Source: Candidatus Peregrinibacteria bacterium
GTDB lineage: Bacteria; Patescibacteriota; Gracilibacteria; Peribacterales; Peribacteraceae
Assembly: GCA_043755535.1 (NCBI GenBank)
Contig: JAYUSS010000131.1
Coordinates: forward strand, 10,829-74,828
Reading direction: 5' to 3'
Length of the DNA stretch: 64,000 nt
A program made the position numbers and the translations under genes. The notes under the pieces are model-generated. The model did no database searches, was not told the DNA's origin, and was given only the letters and a program-made list of their open reading frames with translations. Of this stretch, positions 36,247 through 44,663 are shown piece by piece; the stretch's first letter is position 1, and every line of letters starts with the position of its first letter.

Positions 36247-37445
36247 GTACTACTCCAAAGATTGGGTGGCGAACTAAAGGTTTAAGTGAACTTTCAAGTG
36301 TATTCACTGATGGTGATTGGATTGAAAAGAAAGATCAATCCATTGATGGAATTAGACTTATTCAAACTGGCAATATTGGGAATGGCTTGTTTAAGGACAG
36401 AGCGGAGAAATCTCGGTATGTTTCCGAGAAGACATTTAAAAAATTGAAATGTACGGAGGTATTTGAGAGCGATTGCTTGGTGTCTCGTCTGCCCGATCCC
36501 GTTGGAAGGGCGTGTATCGTTCCAGTGATCCAAGAAAAGTTAATAACCGCAGTAGATTGCACAATTATTCGATTTAATAATATTGATATTTTGAATAATT
36601 GGTTTATCTATTACTCACTTTCTCAGGAATATCAAAATCAAATAAATAAGGAAATTTCAGGTTCAACAAGACAAAGAATTAGTAAAAAGAACTTGGCTCA
36701 AATTCAAGTTCCTCTTCCACCACTTCCCGAACAACAACACATCGTCACCATCCTCGACGAAGCCTTTGTCGCTATTGAGAAAGCAAAGAAAAATACGGAG
36801 AAGAATTTGGAGAGTGCGAAGGAGATTTTTGAGTCATATCTTCAAAGTGCATTTAGTAATGATACTTGGGAAGCGGTATCACTAGCACAAGTTTGTGAAA
36901 TTTCTTCAAAGTTAATAGATCCTCGTGAGTATCGTTATTCTGATCTACTACATGTTGGAGCGGGCAATATTGAAATAAAAAGTGGAAGACTCCTTAAGTT
37001 ACAAACTGCAATAGATGAGAGACTTATATCAGGTAAATTTTTGTTTGATAAATCGATGGTTTTATATAGCAAGATTCGCCCGTATCTAATGAAAGTTGCT
37101 CGACCTGATTTTTCAGGCTTATGTAGTGCGGATATTTACCCATTATCCCCTAATCCAAATAAAGTAATTAGAGATTATTTGTATTATCTATTGCTGACAT
37201 CAGATTTCACCCATTACGCCATTAAAGGTTCGGGGAGAGCGGGCATGCCTAAAGTAAATAGGGATCACCTTTTTTCCTATAAATTCAACTTAGCACCATT
37301 GGCAGAGCAGCAAATCATAGTCAGTAAACTCAATATGATTTCGCAAGAATGCAAAAAACTCGAATCCCTCTACCAACAAAAAATTGCAGGCTTGGAGGAA
37401 CTCAAAAAATCTTTACTCAAAAAAGCTTTCGCTGGTGAACTGTAA
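36243..37445 (+). CDS. hsdS: Type I restriction-modification system, specificity subunit
   Basis: Two target-recognition domains separated by conserved helices (LPPLPEQQHIVTILDEAF.. and LAPLAEQQIIVSKLNMIS..). Overlaps the hsdM stop by 4 nt. Confidence 0.9.
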   Translation: MSTTPKIGWRTKGLSELSSVFTDGDWIEKKDQSIDGIRLIQTGNIGNGLFKDRAEKSRYVSEKTFKKLKCTEVFESDCLVSRLPDPVGRACIVPVIQEKLITAVDCTIIRFNNIDILNNWFIYYSLSQEYQNQINKEISGSTRQRISKKNLAQIQVPLPPLPEQQHIVTILDEAFVAIEKAKKNTEKNLESAKEIFESYLQSAFSNDTWEAVSLAQVCEISSKLIDPREYRYSDLLHVGAGNIEIKSGRLLKLQTAIDERLISGKFLFDKSMVLYSKIRPYLMKVARPDFSGLCSADIYPLSPNPNKVIRDYLYYLLLTSDFTHYAIKGSGRAGMPKVNRDHLFSYKFNLAPLAEQQIIVSKLNMISQECKKLESLYQQKIAGLEELKKSLLKKAFAGEL

Positions 37446-37465
37446 TTCTCTTCCTTTTTCCTCCT

Positions 37466-37843
37466 ATGAACATCAGCGACAAAGACCGGGAAATGCTCTG
37501 GGGCGAAGACGAGCCGTATTCGGAGGCGAAGATTGTGATGAATACGAGAATATTGGGAGATCATGTGTCTCGCGTGATGTTGGAAGTTGAGGGCAATATC
37601 AACCCGACGACGTTTAAAATCATCAAGTAACACAAGCATTTGTTTGCGGATCAACCGATGGTTATAGAACTGTTGGAAACAGCCCGATATTTTGGCAAAG
37701 GTGACGGATATCAAGTTTCCGCAGGGGTGGAAGAACTGACAGATGACCCGCAAGTGATGGAGAGAGCCAAGGTAAAACTGCGCTACATGAAAGATGCCAT
37801 GATTGTGATGCATGAGTTTGTGATGGAGTATTTGGATACGTAA
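37466..37843 (+). other. Small ORF pair in one frame separated only by TAA (37628-37630): either a 125-codon gene with an in-frame stop or two mini-ORFs
   Basis: ATG 37466 gives MNISDKDREMLWGEDEPYSEAKIVMNTRILGDHVSRVMLEVEGNINPTTFKIIK, then TAA, then HKHLFADQPMVIELLETARYFGKGDGYQVSAGVEELTDDPQVMERAKVKLRYMKDAMIVMHEFVMEYLDT. No recognisable family. Confidence 0.4.
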
Positions 37844-37864
37844 ATCTTTGTAAATGAGCATTTT

Positions 37865-37888
37865 AGCCATTAAAAGTGGCTTATTTTT
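37865..37888 (+). terminator. Intrinsic terminator after the small ORF(s)
   Basis: agccaTTAAAAGtggct followed by tattttt. Confidence 0.6.
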
Positions 37889-37920
37889 ACTATTGCGTGT
37901 GCCACTCCCAAAAATGGGTT

Positions 37921-38949
37921 ATGATGCCAACCATGCGCTTCCCACGTTCCAAAAAACTCCTGTTTACCAATAATAAGGGGGGTGTTGGTAAAACGACGCT
38001 TGCTTACAACTGCGCGGTTTCATTTGCGCAGCAAGGATACAAGACGGTGCTTGTCGATTTGGATCCTCAATGCAATCTCTCCCGTTTGGCATTGGGCGAT
38101 ATGTTATTTGAGCAAACGCTTTTTTCATCCTCAGAAAAAGACATGTACGAAATTCTTAAGGGAGTGGTGGAAGGAGGAGCGGATGTGGATGTTTCCGCGC
38201 CATTGATCCCCGTCCACAGTGCCCCCAATTTATTTTTGATCAAAGGGAGTGTGAACCTGTCCCTCTACGAAAACATTCTGGTGACCGCGTACGGTCAAGC
38301 GGCCGCAGGAGAGCGACTGGGGTATTTTCAAACGAGTGCGATCGATCGATATTTGCGCGAACGCGGGTTGAATGATGAAGTGGATATTTTCGTCATTGAT
38401 ACTTCTCCCAGTCTATCGCTTTTAAATCGAATCGTTTTTTTGGGTTCGGATTACTTTGTAGTACCCATGATGCCGGATGCGTTTAGTGTCCAGGGTATAG
38501 AGAACCTCGGGATCGTTTTTGAAAAATGGAAAAATAACTGGAAAATAACTGGCAAGGCGCTCTCGGGTGAAACGGAGAATAAATTTGTGCTGTCCGGAGA
38601 CGGTCTTTTTATCGGGTATGTCGTTAATTCCTATAATGTCTATGCTGAACAACCGATCAAAGACCATAGACACTGGATTGAGGAAATTCCAAAGAAGGTA
38701 AGACAGTTTCTTTCTGAAAAACATGGTAGGAATGGACTTGTGGAAAAGAGCTGGGTTGCTCCTCTTGCTGAAATTCAAGATTATGGGAGAATTCCTGCAA
38801 AGTGTCAGGAACTTGGCGTTGCCATTTTTGATCTTGATCCGAAACTTATAGAAGATCACCACCAGGGAACAAAGGAGAATATTGAAAAATCAAAAGAAGA
38901 GTTTTCGCATTTATCAGCGGAAATTTTGAAAATATTGCATGCATACTAA
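37921..38949 (+). CDS. ParA/MinD-superfamily ATPase with extended C-terminal region, embedded between hsdS and hsdR
   Basis: Deviant Walker A FTNNKGGVGKTT, VLVDLDPQCN, and Walker B IFVIDTSPS. ATG 37921 is preferred because the GTG at 37876 lies inside the terminator hairpin. The stop is 8 nt before the hsdR ATG. Confidence 0.8.
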   Translation: MMPTMRFPRSKKLLFTNNKGGVGKTTLAYNCAVSFAQQGYKTVLVDLDPQCNLSRLALGDMLFEQTLFSSSEKDMYEILKGVVEGGADVDVSAPLIPVHSAPNLFLIKGSVNLSLYENILVTAYGQAAAGERLGYFQTSAIDRYLRERGLNDEVDIFVIDTSPSLSLLNRIVFLGSDYFVVPMMPDAFSVQGIENLGIVFEKWKNNWKITGKALSGETENKFVLSGDGLFIGYVVNSYNVYAEQPIKDHRHWIEEIPKKVRQFLSEKHGRNGLVEKSWVAPLAEIQDYGRIPAKCQELGVAIFDLDPKLIEDHHQGTKENIEKSKEEFSHLSAEILKILHAY

Positions 38950-38957
38950 GCCCGGTC

Positions 38958-41276
38958 ATGAACGAATCTGAGACCAGAGCAGAGCTAATAGACCCCAAGC
39001 TTCACATGAGTGGTTGGGGTGAAGTCGAGGGTTCTAAAGTTCGTCGTGAATATTTGATTGCGCCCGGAAAAATTGAAGTAGGAGGAGCTCCGAGAAAAAG
39101 GGAGATTGCCGATTATATTTTAGTCTATAACAATCAAAACGTTGCTGTTATTGAAGCGAAGTCCGCAGGGCTGGACGCTTCAGAAGGCGTGGCACAGGCA
39201 AAGGCTTATGCAGAAAAGCTGCGTATTGATTTTACGTACGCGACGAATGGTAAGGAGATTTATGAAATTTCAATGAGTACGGGCAAAGAGAAAATGGTCG
39301 ATTCATTCCCGACGCCACAAGAACTTTGGAAGAGGCTATACCCAGATGCGAACAATTGGCGCGATACATTCGATGCGGTGCACTTTGAAAAAATGTTCGG
39401 GGAAATAGGTCCGCGTTATTATCAAGAAATTGCAGTGAATAAAACTCTTCATGCAATTGCAGATAATAAAAATCGGATACTCTTAACATTGGCAACAGGT
39501 ACAGGAAAAACGGTTATTGCCTTCCATATCGTATGGAAGCTTTTCCAGTCGCGTTGGAATTTGCAGAAAGACGGCGGTCGTCGGCCACGTATTCTCTTCT
39601 TAGCCGATCGCAATATTCTTGCAGATCAAGCCTTTAATACGTTCACAGCATTTCCAGAAGATGCCTTAATCCGCATTAGCCCATTGGATATTCGTAAAAA
39701 GGGTGCGGTTCCAACAAATGGCAGCATCTTCTTTACGATTTTCCAAACTTTCATGAGTGGGCCAAAGGGCACGCCATACTTTGGGGAATATCCGCCCGAC
39801 TTCTTCGACTTTATTATTGTCGATGAGTGTCACCGCGGAGGAGCGAATGACGAGAGTAACTGGCGGGGAATTTTGGAATATTTTTCACCTGCTGTTCAAC
39901 TTGGTTTAACAGCTACGCCAAAACGAAAGGACAATATTGATACCTACAAATACTTCGGTGATCCGATCTATATTTATTCTCTGAAAGAAGGAATCAACGA
40001 TGGCTTCCTGACACCATTTAAGGTGAAGCGTATCCAGACTACATTGGATGAGTACGTGTATACATCCGATGACACTATTGTTGAAGGTGAGGTTGAGGAA
40101 GGGCGCATTTATGAGGAAGAAGATTTTAATAGAATTATCGAAATTAAAGAACGTGAAGAAAAACGTGTGGAAATCATGCTTGAAGAAATTAATCAGCAAG
40201 AAAAGGCAATTGTCTTCTGTGCCAGTCAGTCACATGCGGCTGCAGTCCGTGATTTAATCAATCAGCGTAAAAAGAGTGCTAATCCCTATTATTGTGTGCG
40301 TGTCACTGCGAATGATGGAGAAAGAGGTGATCAGTACTTGCGGGAATTTCAGGACAATGAAAAGAGTATCCCCACTATTCTCACAACATCGCAGAAGCTC
40401 TCTACAGGAGTCGATGCACGGAATGTACGAACGATCGTACTCATGCGACCGGTAAATTCCATGATCGAGTTTAAGCAAATTGTTGGTCGCGGCACACGAT
40501 TATTTGAGGGAAAAGAGTATTTTACGATTTTGGATTTTGTTGACGCCTATAAGCATTTTTCAGATCCCGAATGGGATGGAGAGCCCTTAGATGAAACTAC
40601 TGAACGTGAACCACGAATTCCTGATGATTCCGAACCAGAAGAGGTGTTGGATGGGCCCTTTATTGATGAGGAAGAAGAGGAAAAACCAAAGAGGCTGAAA
40701 ATTAAATTGCGTGACGGTAAGGAGCGAGAAATCAAACATATGATTTCCACTTCATTTTGGGGCGCAGATGGTAAACCTATTTCGCTGCAAGAATTCATGG
40801 ATAATATGGTTGGAGCAATGCCAAATTTCTGTAGTTCGGAAGAGGAATTACGACAGATCTGGTCTCAGCCATCTACCAGAAAAGCCTTCCTGGAAAAGCT
40901 CGCTGAGGCGGGATATGGCAGAGATCAATTGGAAATGTTGCAAAAGGTCATTGATGCAGAAAATAGTGATCTGTTCGATGTTCTTTCGTACGTGTGCTTC
41001 TTAGTTCAGTGCCTAACCAGAGAAGAGCGTGTTACAAAAGCCAGTACAGACATCTATACCGGTCTTGATACTAATCAAAAAGACTTTCTTGAATTCGTCT
41101 TGTCCAAATACATCGATCAGGGCGTTGATGAGCTTGGTGAAGATAAATTGCCCAAGCTGCTCAATCTTAAATATCAGGCAATTGCAGATGCAGAGAAGGA
41201 ATTAGGGAGTGTCGATAAAATTCGATCGATGTTTATTGGGTTTCAGAAGTTTTTGTATAAACCGAAGTTTGCCTGA
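38958..41276 (+). CDS. hsdR: Type I restriction enzyme, restriction (helicase-nuclease) subunit
   Basis: N-terminal nuclease domain (ETRAELIDPKL..ADYILV..VIEAKS), SF2 motifs (LATGTGKT, VDECHRG, TSQKLSTGVDA, QIVGRGTR), and an EcoEI-R-type C-terminal domain. Confidence 0.9.
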   Translation: MNESETRAELIDPKLHMSGWGEVEGSKVRREYLIAPGKIEVGGAPRKREIADYILVYNNQNVAVIEAKSAGLDASEGVAQAKAYAEKLRIDFTYATNGKEIYEISMSTGKEKMVDSFPTPQELWKRLYPDANNWRDTFDAVHFEKMFGEIGPRYYQEIAVNKTLHAIADNKNRILLTLATGTGKTVIAFHIVWKLFQSRWNLQKDGGRRPRILFLADRNILADQAFNTFTAFPEDALIRISPLDIRKKGAVPTNGSIFFTIFQTFMSGPKGTPYFGEYPPDFFDFIIVDECHRGGANDESNWRGILEYFSPAVQLGLTATPKRKDNIDTYKYFGDPIYIYSLKEGINDGFLTPFKVKRIQTTLDEYVYTSDDTIVEGEVEEGRIYEEEDFNRIIEIKEREEKRVEIMLEEINQQEKAIVFCASQSHAAAVRDLINQRKKSANPYYCVRVTANDGERGDQYLREFQDNEKSIPTILTTSQKLSTGVDARNVRTIVLMRPVNSMIEFKQIVGRGTRLFEGKEYFTILDFVDAYKHFSDPEWDGEPLDETTEREPRIPDDSEPEEVLDGPFIDEEEEEKPKRLKIKLRDGKEREIKHMISTSFWGADGKPISLQEFMDNMVGAMPNFCSSEEELRQIWSQPSTRKAFLEKLAEAGYGRDQLEMLQKVIDAENSDLFDVLSYVCFLVQCLTREERVTKASTDIYTGLDTNQKDFLEFVLSKYIDQGVDELGEDKLPKLLNLKYQAIADAEKELGSVDKIRSMFIGFQKFLYKPKFA

Positions 41277-41282
41277 AAACAG

Positions 41283-41615
41283 TTAATTCCTTATTTTTTC
41301 TCGTACAGACTTCACCCACTCCTGCCCCTTATCCCCACCCCACAGTAACCACGCAATAAACCCATTGCTTGGTTTTTCCGGGTTAAAGAAATTCTTACCT
41401 CGTTTATCTACCTCATGTCGGGCGAAGTAGCTGTACATGCGGGCGATCGTTCGTGCAGAAACCGGCTTACCTGCAGCCAAGTGTTCGGCCATGGCTAACC
41501 CTACTTCGGTGCCGCCGCGTTTGAATATTTTACGCAGATCTAGTCCGCGTGAGGCTTCGAGGGAAACTTCCGGTGGGGGAATGAATTCCTGCTTGTGATG
41601 CTTTAGTGAGTTCAT
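41283..41615 (-). CDS. Small conserved-looking hypothetical protein
   Basis: 110 aa; ..RGGTEVGLAMAEHL..ARMYSYFARHEVDK..NGFIAWLLWGGDKG.. This reminds me of a small domain seen in phage/mobile-element proteins, but I cannot name it reliably. Confidence 0.45.
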   Translation of the reverse strand: MNSLKHHKQEFIPPPEVSLEASRGLDLRKIFKRGGTEVGLAMAEHLAAGKPVSARTIARMYSYFARHEVDKRGKNFFNPEKPSNGFIAWLLWGGDKGQEWVKSVREKIRN

Positions 41616-41646
41616 TGAAGGCAGTATATACCTTTTATTTTGAGTA

Positions 41647-41708
41647 GTTTACAATAGAGTTTACAATAAAAAAACATGAGGTTACAATAGAGTTTACAAT
41701 AAAAAAAC
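41647..41708. promoter_or_regulatory. Two 28/29-identical direct repeats (GTTTACAATAGAGTTTACAATAAAAAAAC vs GGTTACAATAGAGTTTACAATAAAAAAAC) in a divergent promoter region
   Basis: 41647-41675 and 41680-41708, which gives four TTACAATA boxes between the divergent genes at 41615 and 41727. Confidence 0.6.
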
Positions 41709-41726
41709 TTACGCTATACTTTGTAT

Positions 41727-42746
41727 ATGGACCAAAAAGTCGACATCGTCACGTTTATTTTAAAGCAGCGACATATCCGATCGCGCGATATTGTCGCAAA
41801 GTTCGGTGTGACTCGGCAGTATGCATCAAAATTACTCCGTGAATTGGCTAAAAAGGGTATGTTGGTTAAAACAGGTGCTGCACGTTCGTCCTGCTATGTG
41901 TTGCCTAAATATGCAAAGCCGGAGGGGGAGATCGTACGTCGGTATCGTATATCTAGCCTGAAAGAGCACGAAGTACTGGAGGAAGTGGAAGAACGATCTT
42001 CGTTCATGCCTTCTTTGCCTGATAACGTGCGAAGCATCTTCCAATATGCTTTTTCCGAGATGCTCAATAATGCAATTGATCACTCGAAATCTGTAAATGT
42101 AGAAATATGTGTGCGAAAAAACAAGAATCTGATATTTACAGTCAATGACGTTGGTATAGGTGTTTTCCGCAATATCATGAAAAAAAGAAAGCTGAAGTCG
42201 GAACTCGAAGGCGTGCAGGATCTTTTGAAAGGAAAAACCACTACGCAACCCAAAGCCCATTCCGGAGAGGGGATTTTTTTCACATCCAAGATCGCGGATG
42301 TTTTTAGTCTTGAGAGTTATGGATACAAGCTGACGATTGATAATCGCATTGATGATGTGTTTTTCGAGGAGCAAAAGCCGTCCAAGCGTGGAACAAAAGT
42401 TACCTTCGAAGTTGCCAGTACGTCACAAAAACATTTGAATGATTTATTCAAGCAATATCAAACCAACCCATCGGATTTTGCATTTGATAAGACGGAAGTT
42501 CGAGTGAAGCTCTATACCATGGGCACAATCCATGTTTCACGGTCGCAGGCCAGACGGGTACTGTCAGGCCTCGAAAAATTCAAATCCATCGTTCTTGATT
42601 TCGACCAGGTCCCCAATGTCGGCCAAGCGTTCGCGGATGAAATTTTTCGCGTATTTTTCTCCAGGTATCCCGATATTCAGATTCAACCAGTGAATATGAA
42701 CGAGACGGTGCAATTTATGGTCCAGCGTGCGATGAATTTCTCATAA
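41727..42746 (+). CDS. wHTH + GHKL (HATPase_c) ATPase + C-terminal STAS-like (DUF4325-type) domain protein
   Basis: N-terminal wHTH (IRSRDIVAKFGVTRQYASKLLRELAKKGML). N box EMLNNAIDHS, G1 box NDVGIGVF, G2 box SGEGIFFTSKIAD. C-terminus IVLDFDQVPNVGQAFADEIFRVF is typical of DUF4325. Confidence 0.65.
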   Translation: MDQKVDIVTFILKQRHIRSRDIVAKFGVTRQYASKLLRELAKKGMLVKTGAARSSCYVLPKYAKPEGEIVRRYRISSLKEHEVLEEVEERSSFMPSLPDNVRSIFQYAFSEMLNNAIDHSKSVNVEICVRKNKNLIFTVNDVGIGVFRNIMKKRKLKSELEGVQDLLKGKTTTQPKAHSGEGIFFTSKIADVFSLESYGYKLTIDNRIDDVFFEEQKPSKRGTKVTFEVASTSQKHLNDLFKQYQTNPSDFAFDKTEVRVKLYTMGTIHVSRSQARRVLSGLEKFKSIVLDFDQVPNVGQAFADEIFRVFFSRYPDIQIQPVNMNETVQFMVQRAMNFS

Positions 42747-42858
42747 CACACCCCATCACAAATCCCCCCATTCATCCAGCCCACTATAAGAAGGGTCTAT
42801 TGAACAACCAAAGTGTTCAACTGTAGCATCACACCGTTCATTTCCACCCACATTAACC

Positions 42859-44253
42859 ATGTTTCGCCGCTCCGCCGCCGTACTCGCAGCAATCGTACTT
42901 CCTTCTATAGCGCTTGCCGTAGCATTCCCCGATGTCTCCCCCAGCCATTCGTACCGCGAGCAGATCGAAACGCTTGCCGACATGGGTGTTGTGAAGGGAA
43001 ATCCTCCTTCGGCAGGCTCAGGACAGGCTCCGTTATTCATGCCTGAAAGTACAATAAACAGAGCGGAGCTTTTGACGCTCCTTTATAGGGCGGCAGGGAA
43101 GACCCCGGCAACGCCGACCAAGTCTTGCTTTAAAGATGTGAATACAGACGCCTGGTTTTCGGCCGTGGTGTGCGACAGTGCGAAGAACGGATACGTGGGT
43201 GGCTACCCCGATCCTTCGGCAGGCTCAGGACAGGCTCCACTTTTTAAGCCGGGCAACGCAGTCAACCGTGTCGAGGCTCTTAAAATGATTCATACGGTGC
43301 TCGGGCTCAACATCAATGCAACTGCTTCGACCGGGCCACTCAAGGCCTATAGCGATGTGTCCTTCTCTGCGTGGTACACGCCGTACATGACGAGTGCGTT
43401 TGTGCACAAAGTTCTGCCGGTCGCGGGACAGACGGGCAATTTGTTTATGCCCGAGGCTGCACTCAGTCGCGGTGAGGCTGCAGCGTATGTTTTCAACGGA
43501 CTCGGACTCACGCTGCGCGGATACACGGTGAGCAGTAGCAGTAGCAGCAGTACGGAAACAGAGAGGTCATCATCGTCATCATCTGCTCGCACGACTGCGT
43601 CATCCAAGTCGACGGAGTCCGCACCGATACTCTTGGATGTCGACTTCCCGTTTAGTGATGACGGAATGTTTAAGGGAAAAACGTCCAAGGTCTACAAGTT
43701 CACACAGAAGACAGCAGTCGTCGCAGAGATCACCGTGGATGTCTCGGTAAATGAATCTGCGATGTGCAGACTGTATAAGTTGGAAGCCGAAACATCGTTT
43801 GCGTTGGAGTACTACGTGGGACAAGTGGTGAATAATCACTGCTGGATGCGAGTGGCACTTGCACCTGCCAACTACCAGTTGGAAGTAGTCCCCGGTACCA
43901 AAGATGGTAACTACAAACTGTCGACAAAGAAGGTGACCGGCGACGGCAATGACGGATTCAGCCAAGCAGCGAAACTCCTCAAGGGTTCGCCAAAAACTGG
44001 GTATCTGGAAAGTGAGGATTACGGCGAATTTTATACCTTTACGCTCACAAAAACAGAGAAGCTAACAGTGGTTGTGAGTGAGGCAGATAACACCACATGT
44101 TTGATTTTCCCGATGGCGGATGTCGACTTGTTCGGCTTTAGCGGACCGGTGTGTAACGAAGAGTACGAACTGCCGAAGGGGAAGTATGTCGTGGGAGTTA
44201 CCCGTCGTGATCAGCGCCAAGGAAAAGTATCGTTCTCGATTCGGTACGAGTAA
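42859..44253 (+). CDS. Surface protein with two SLH-like repeats and a C-terminal beta-rich domain
   Basis: Signal peptide. FPDVSPSHSYREQIETLADMGVVKG..INRAELLTLL and FKDVNTDAWFSAVVCDSAKNGYVGGYPD..VNRVEALKMI. Ser-rich linker. Confidence 0.7.
   Translation: MFRRSAAVLAAIVLPSIALAVAFPDVSPSHSYREQIETLADMGVVKGNPPSAGSGQAPLFMPESTINRAELLTLLYRAAGKTPATPTKSCFKDVNTDAWFSAVVCDSAKNGYVGGYPDPSAGSGQAPLFKPGNAVNRVEALKMIHTVLGLNINATASTGPLKAYSDVSFSAWYTPYMTSAFVHKVLPVAGQTGNLFMPEAALSRGEAAAYVFNGLGLTLRGYTVSSSSSSSTETERSSSSSSARTTASSKSTESAPILLDVDFPFSDDGMFKGKTSKVYKFTQKTAVVAEITVDVSVNESAMCRLYKLEAETSFALEYYVGQVVNNHCWMRVALAPANYQLEVVPGTKDGNYKLSTKKVTGDGNDGFSQAAKLLKGSPKTGYLESEDYGEFYTFTLTKTEKLTVVVSEADNTTCLIFPMADVDLFGFSGPVCNEEYELPKGKYVVGVTRRDQRQGKVSFSIRYE
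43005..43031. repeat. 27-nt element tccttcggcaggctcaggacaggctcc, copy 1, in frame in SLH repeat 1
   Basis: Identical to 43212-43238. Encodes PSAGSGQAP. Confidence 0.9.
43212..43238. repeat. 27-nt element, copy 2, in frame in SLH repeat 2
   Basis: Identical 27-mer. The flanking codons differ from those of copy 1. Confidence 0.9.
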
Positions 44254-44254
44254 T

Positions 44255-44279
44255 CCGGCTTCGCTCTTGCTACGCCGAG
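44255..44279. repeat. 25-nt element ccggcttcgctcttgctacgccgag immediately after a stop codon
   Basis: Identical to 47501-47525; a variant lies at 48269-48295. Confidence 0.9.
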
Positions 44280-44471
44280 ACGAGACTACGTCGCAACTGA
44301 AAATAAAATACGCGGAGCAAGGCTCCGCGTTTTCAGTTTCAAAAAATTTTTGCGAACACAAAGAATCAACAACCACATCACAATTTTGCATTCACGCCGC
44401 ACCATTCACTTCACAAGTTGCGTATGTACCATACAATTTAAACCAATCTTATTTCCTTTCCCTTCAGTCAC

Positions 44472-44594
44472 ATGCCAGTAAAAAAGAAGAAGGCAGCTCC
44501 AAAGAAGAAGGCTGCTAAGAAGACTGTAAAGAAGGTCGCCAAGAAGAAGGTGGCCACGAAGAAGAAGAAGCCAGCGGCTAAGAAAAAGAAATAA
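44472..44594 (+). CDS. 40-aa lysine/alanine-rich basic protein (histone H1-like tail composition)
   Basis: MPVKKKKAAPKKKAAKKTVKKVAKKKVATKKKKPAAKKKK, followed by a hairpin and T-run. Not in the ORF track because it is under 60 aa. Confidence 0.45.
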   Translation: MPVKKKKAAPKKKAAKKTVKKVAKKKVATKKKKPAAKKKK

Positions 44595-44620
44595 TCGCGT
44601 CTCGTTATTGAATCGCGATT

Positions 44621-44652
44621 CAATACCTCCTTACGGGGGTATTGTTTTGTTT
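44621..44652 (+). terminator. Intrinsic terminator after the Lys-rich ORF
   Basis: caatacc tccttacg ggggtattg followed by ttttgttt. Preceded by the perfect 20-bp palindrome tattgaatcgcgattcaata. Confidence 0.6.
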
Positions 44653-44663
44653 AGCGCGGGAAT

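Noticed and set aside
37370-37870. 166-aa minus-strand ORF between hsdS and the ParA-like gene
   Set aside because: It has a His/Leu/Phe-rich low-information sequence and overlaps the hsdS 3' end. The plus-strand small ORFs are followed by a terminator and look more protein-like.
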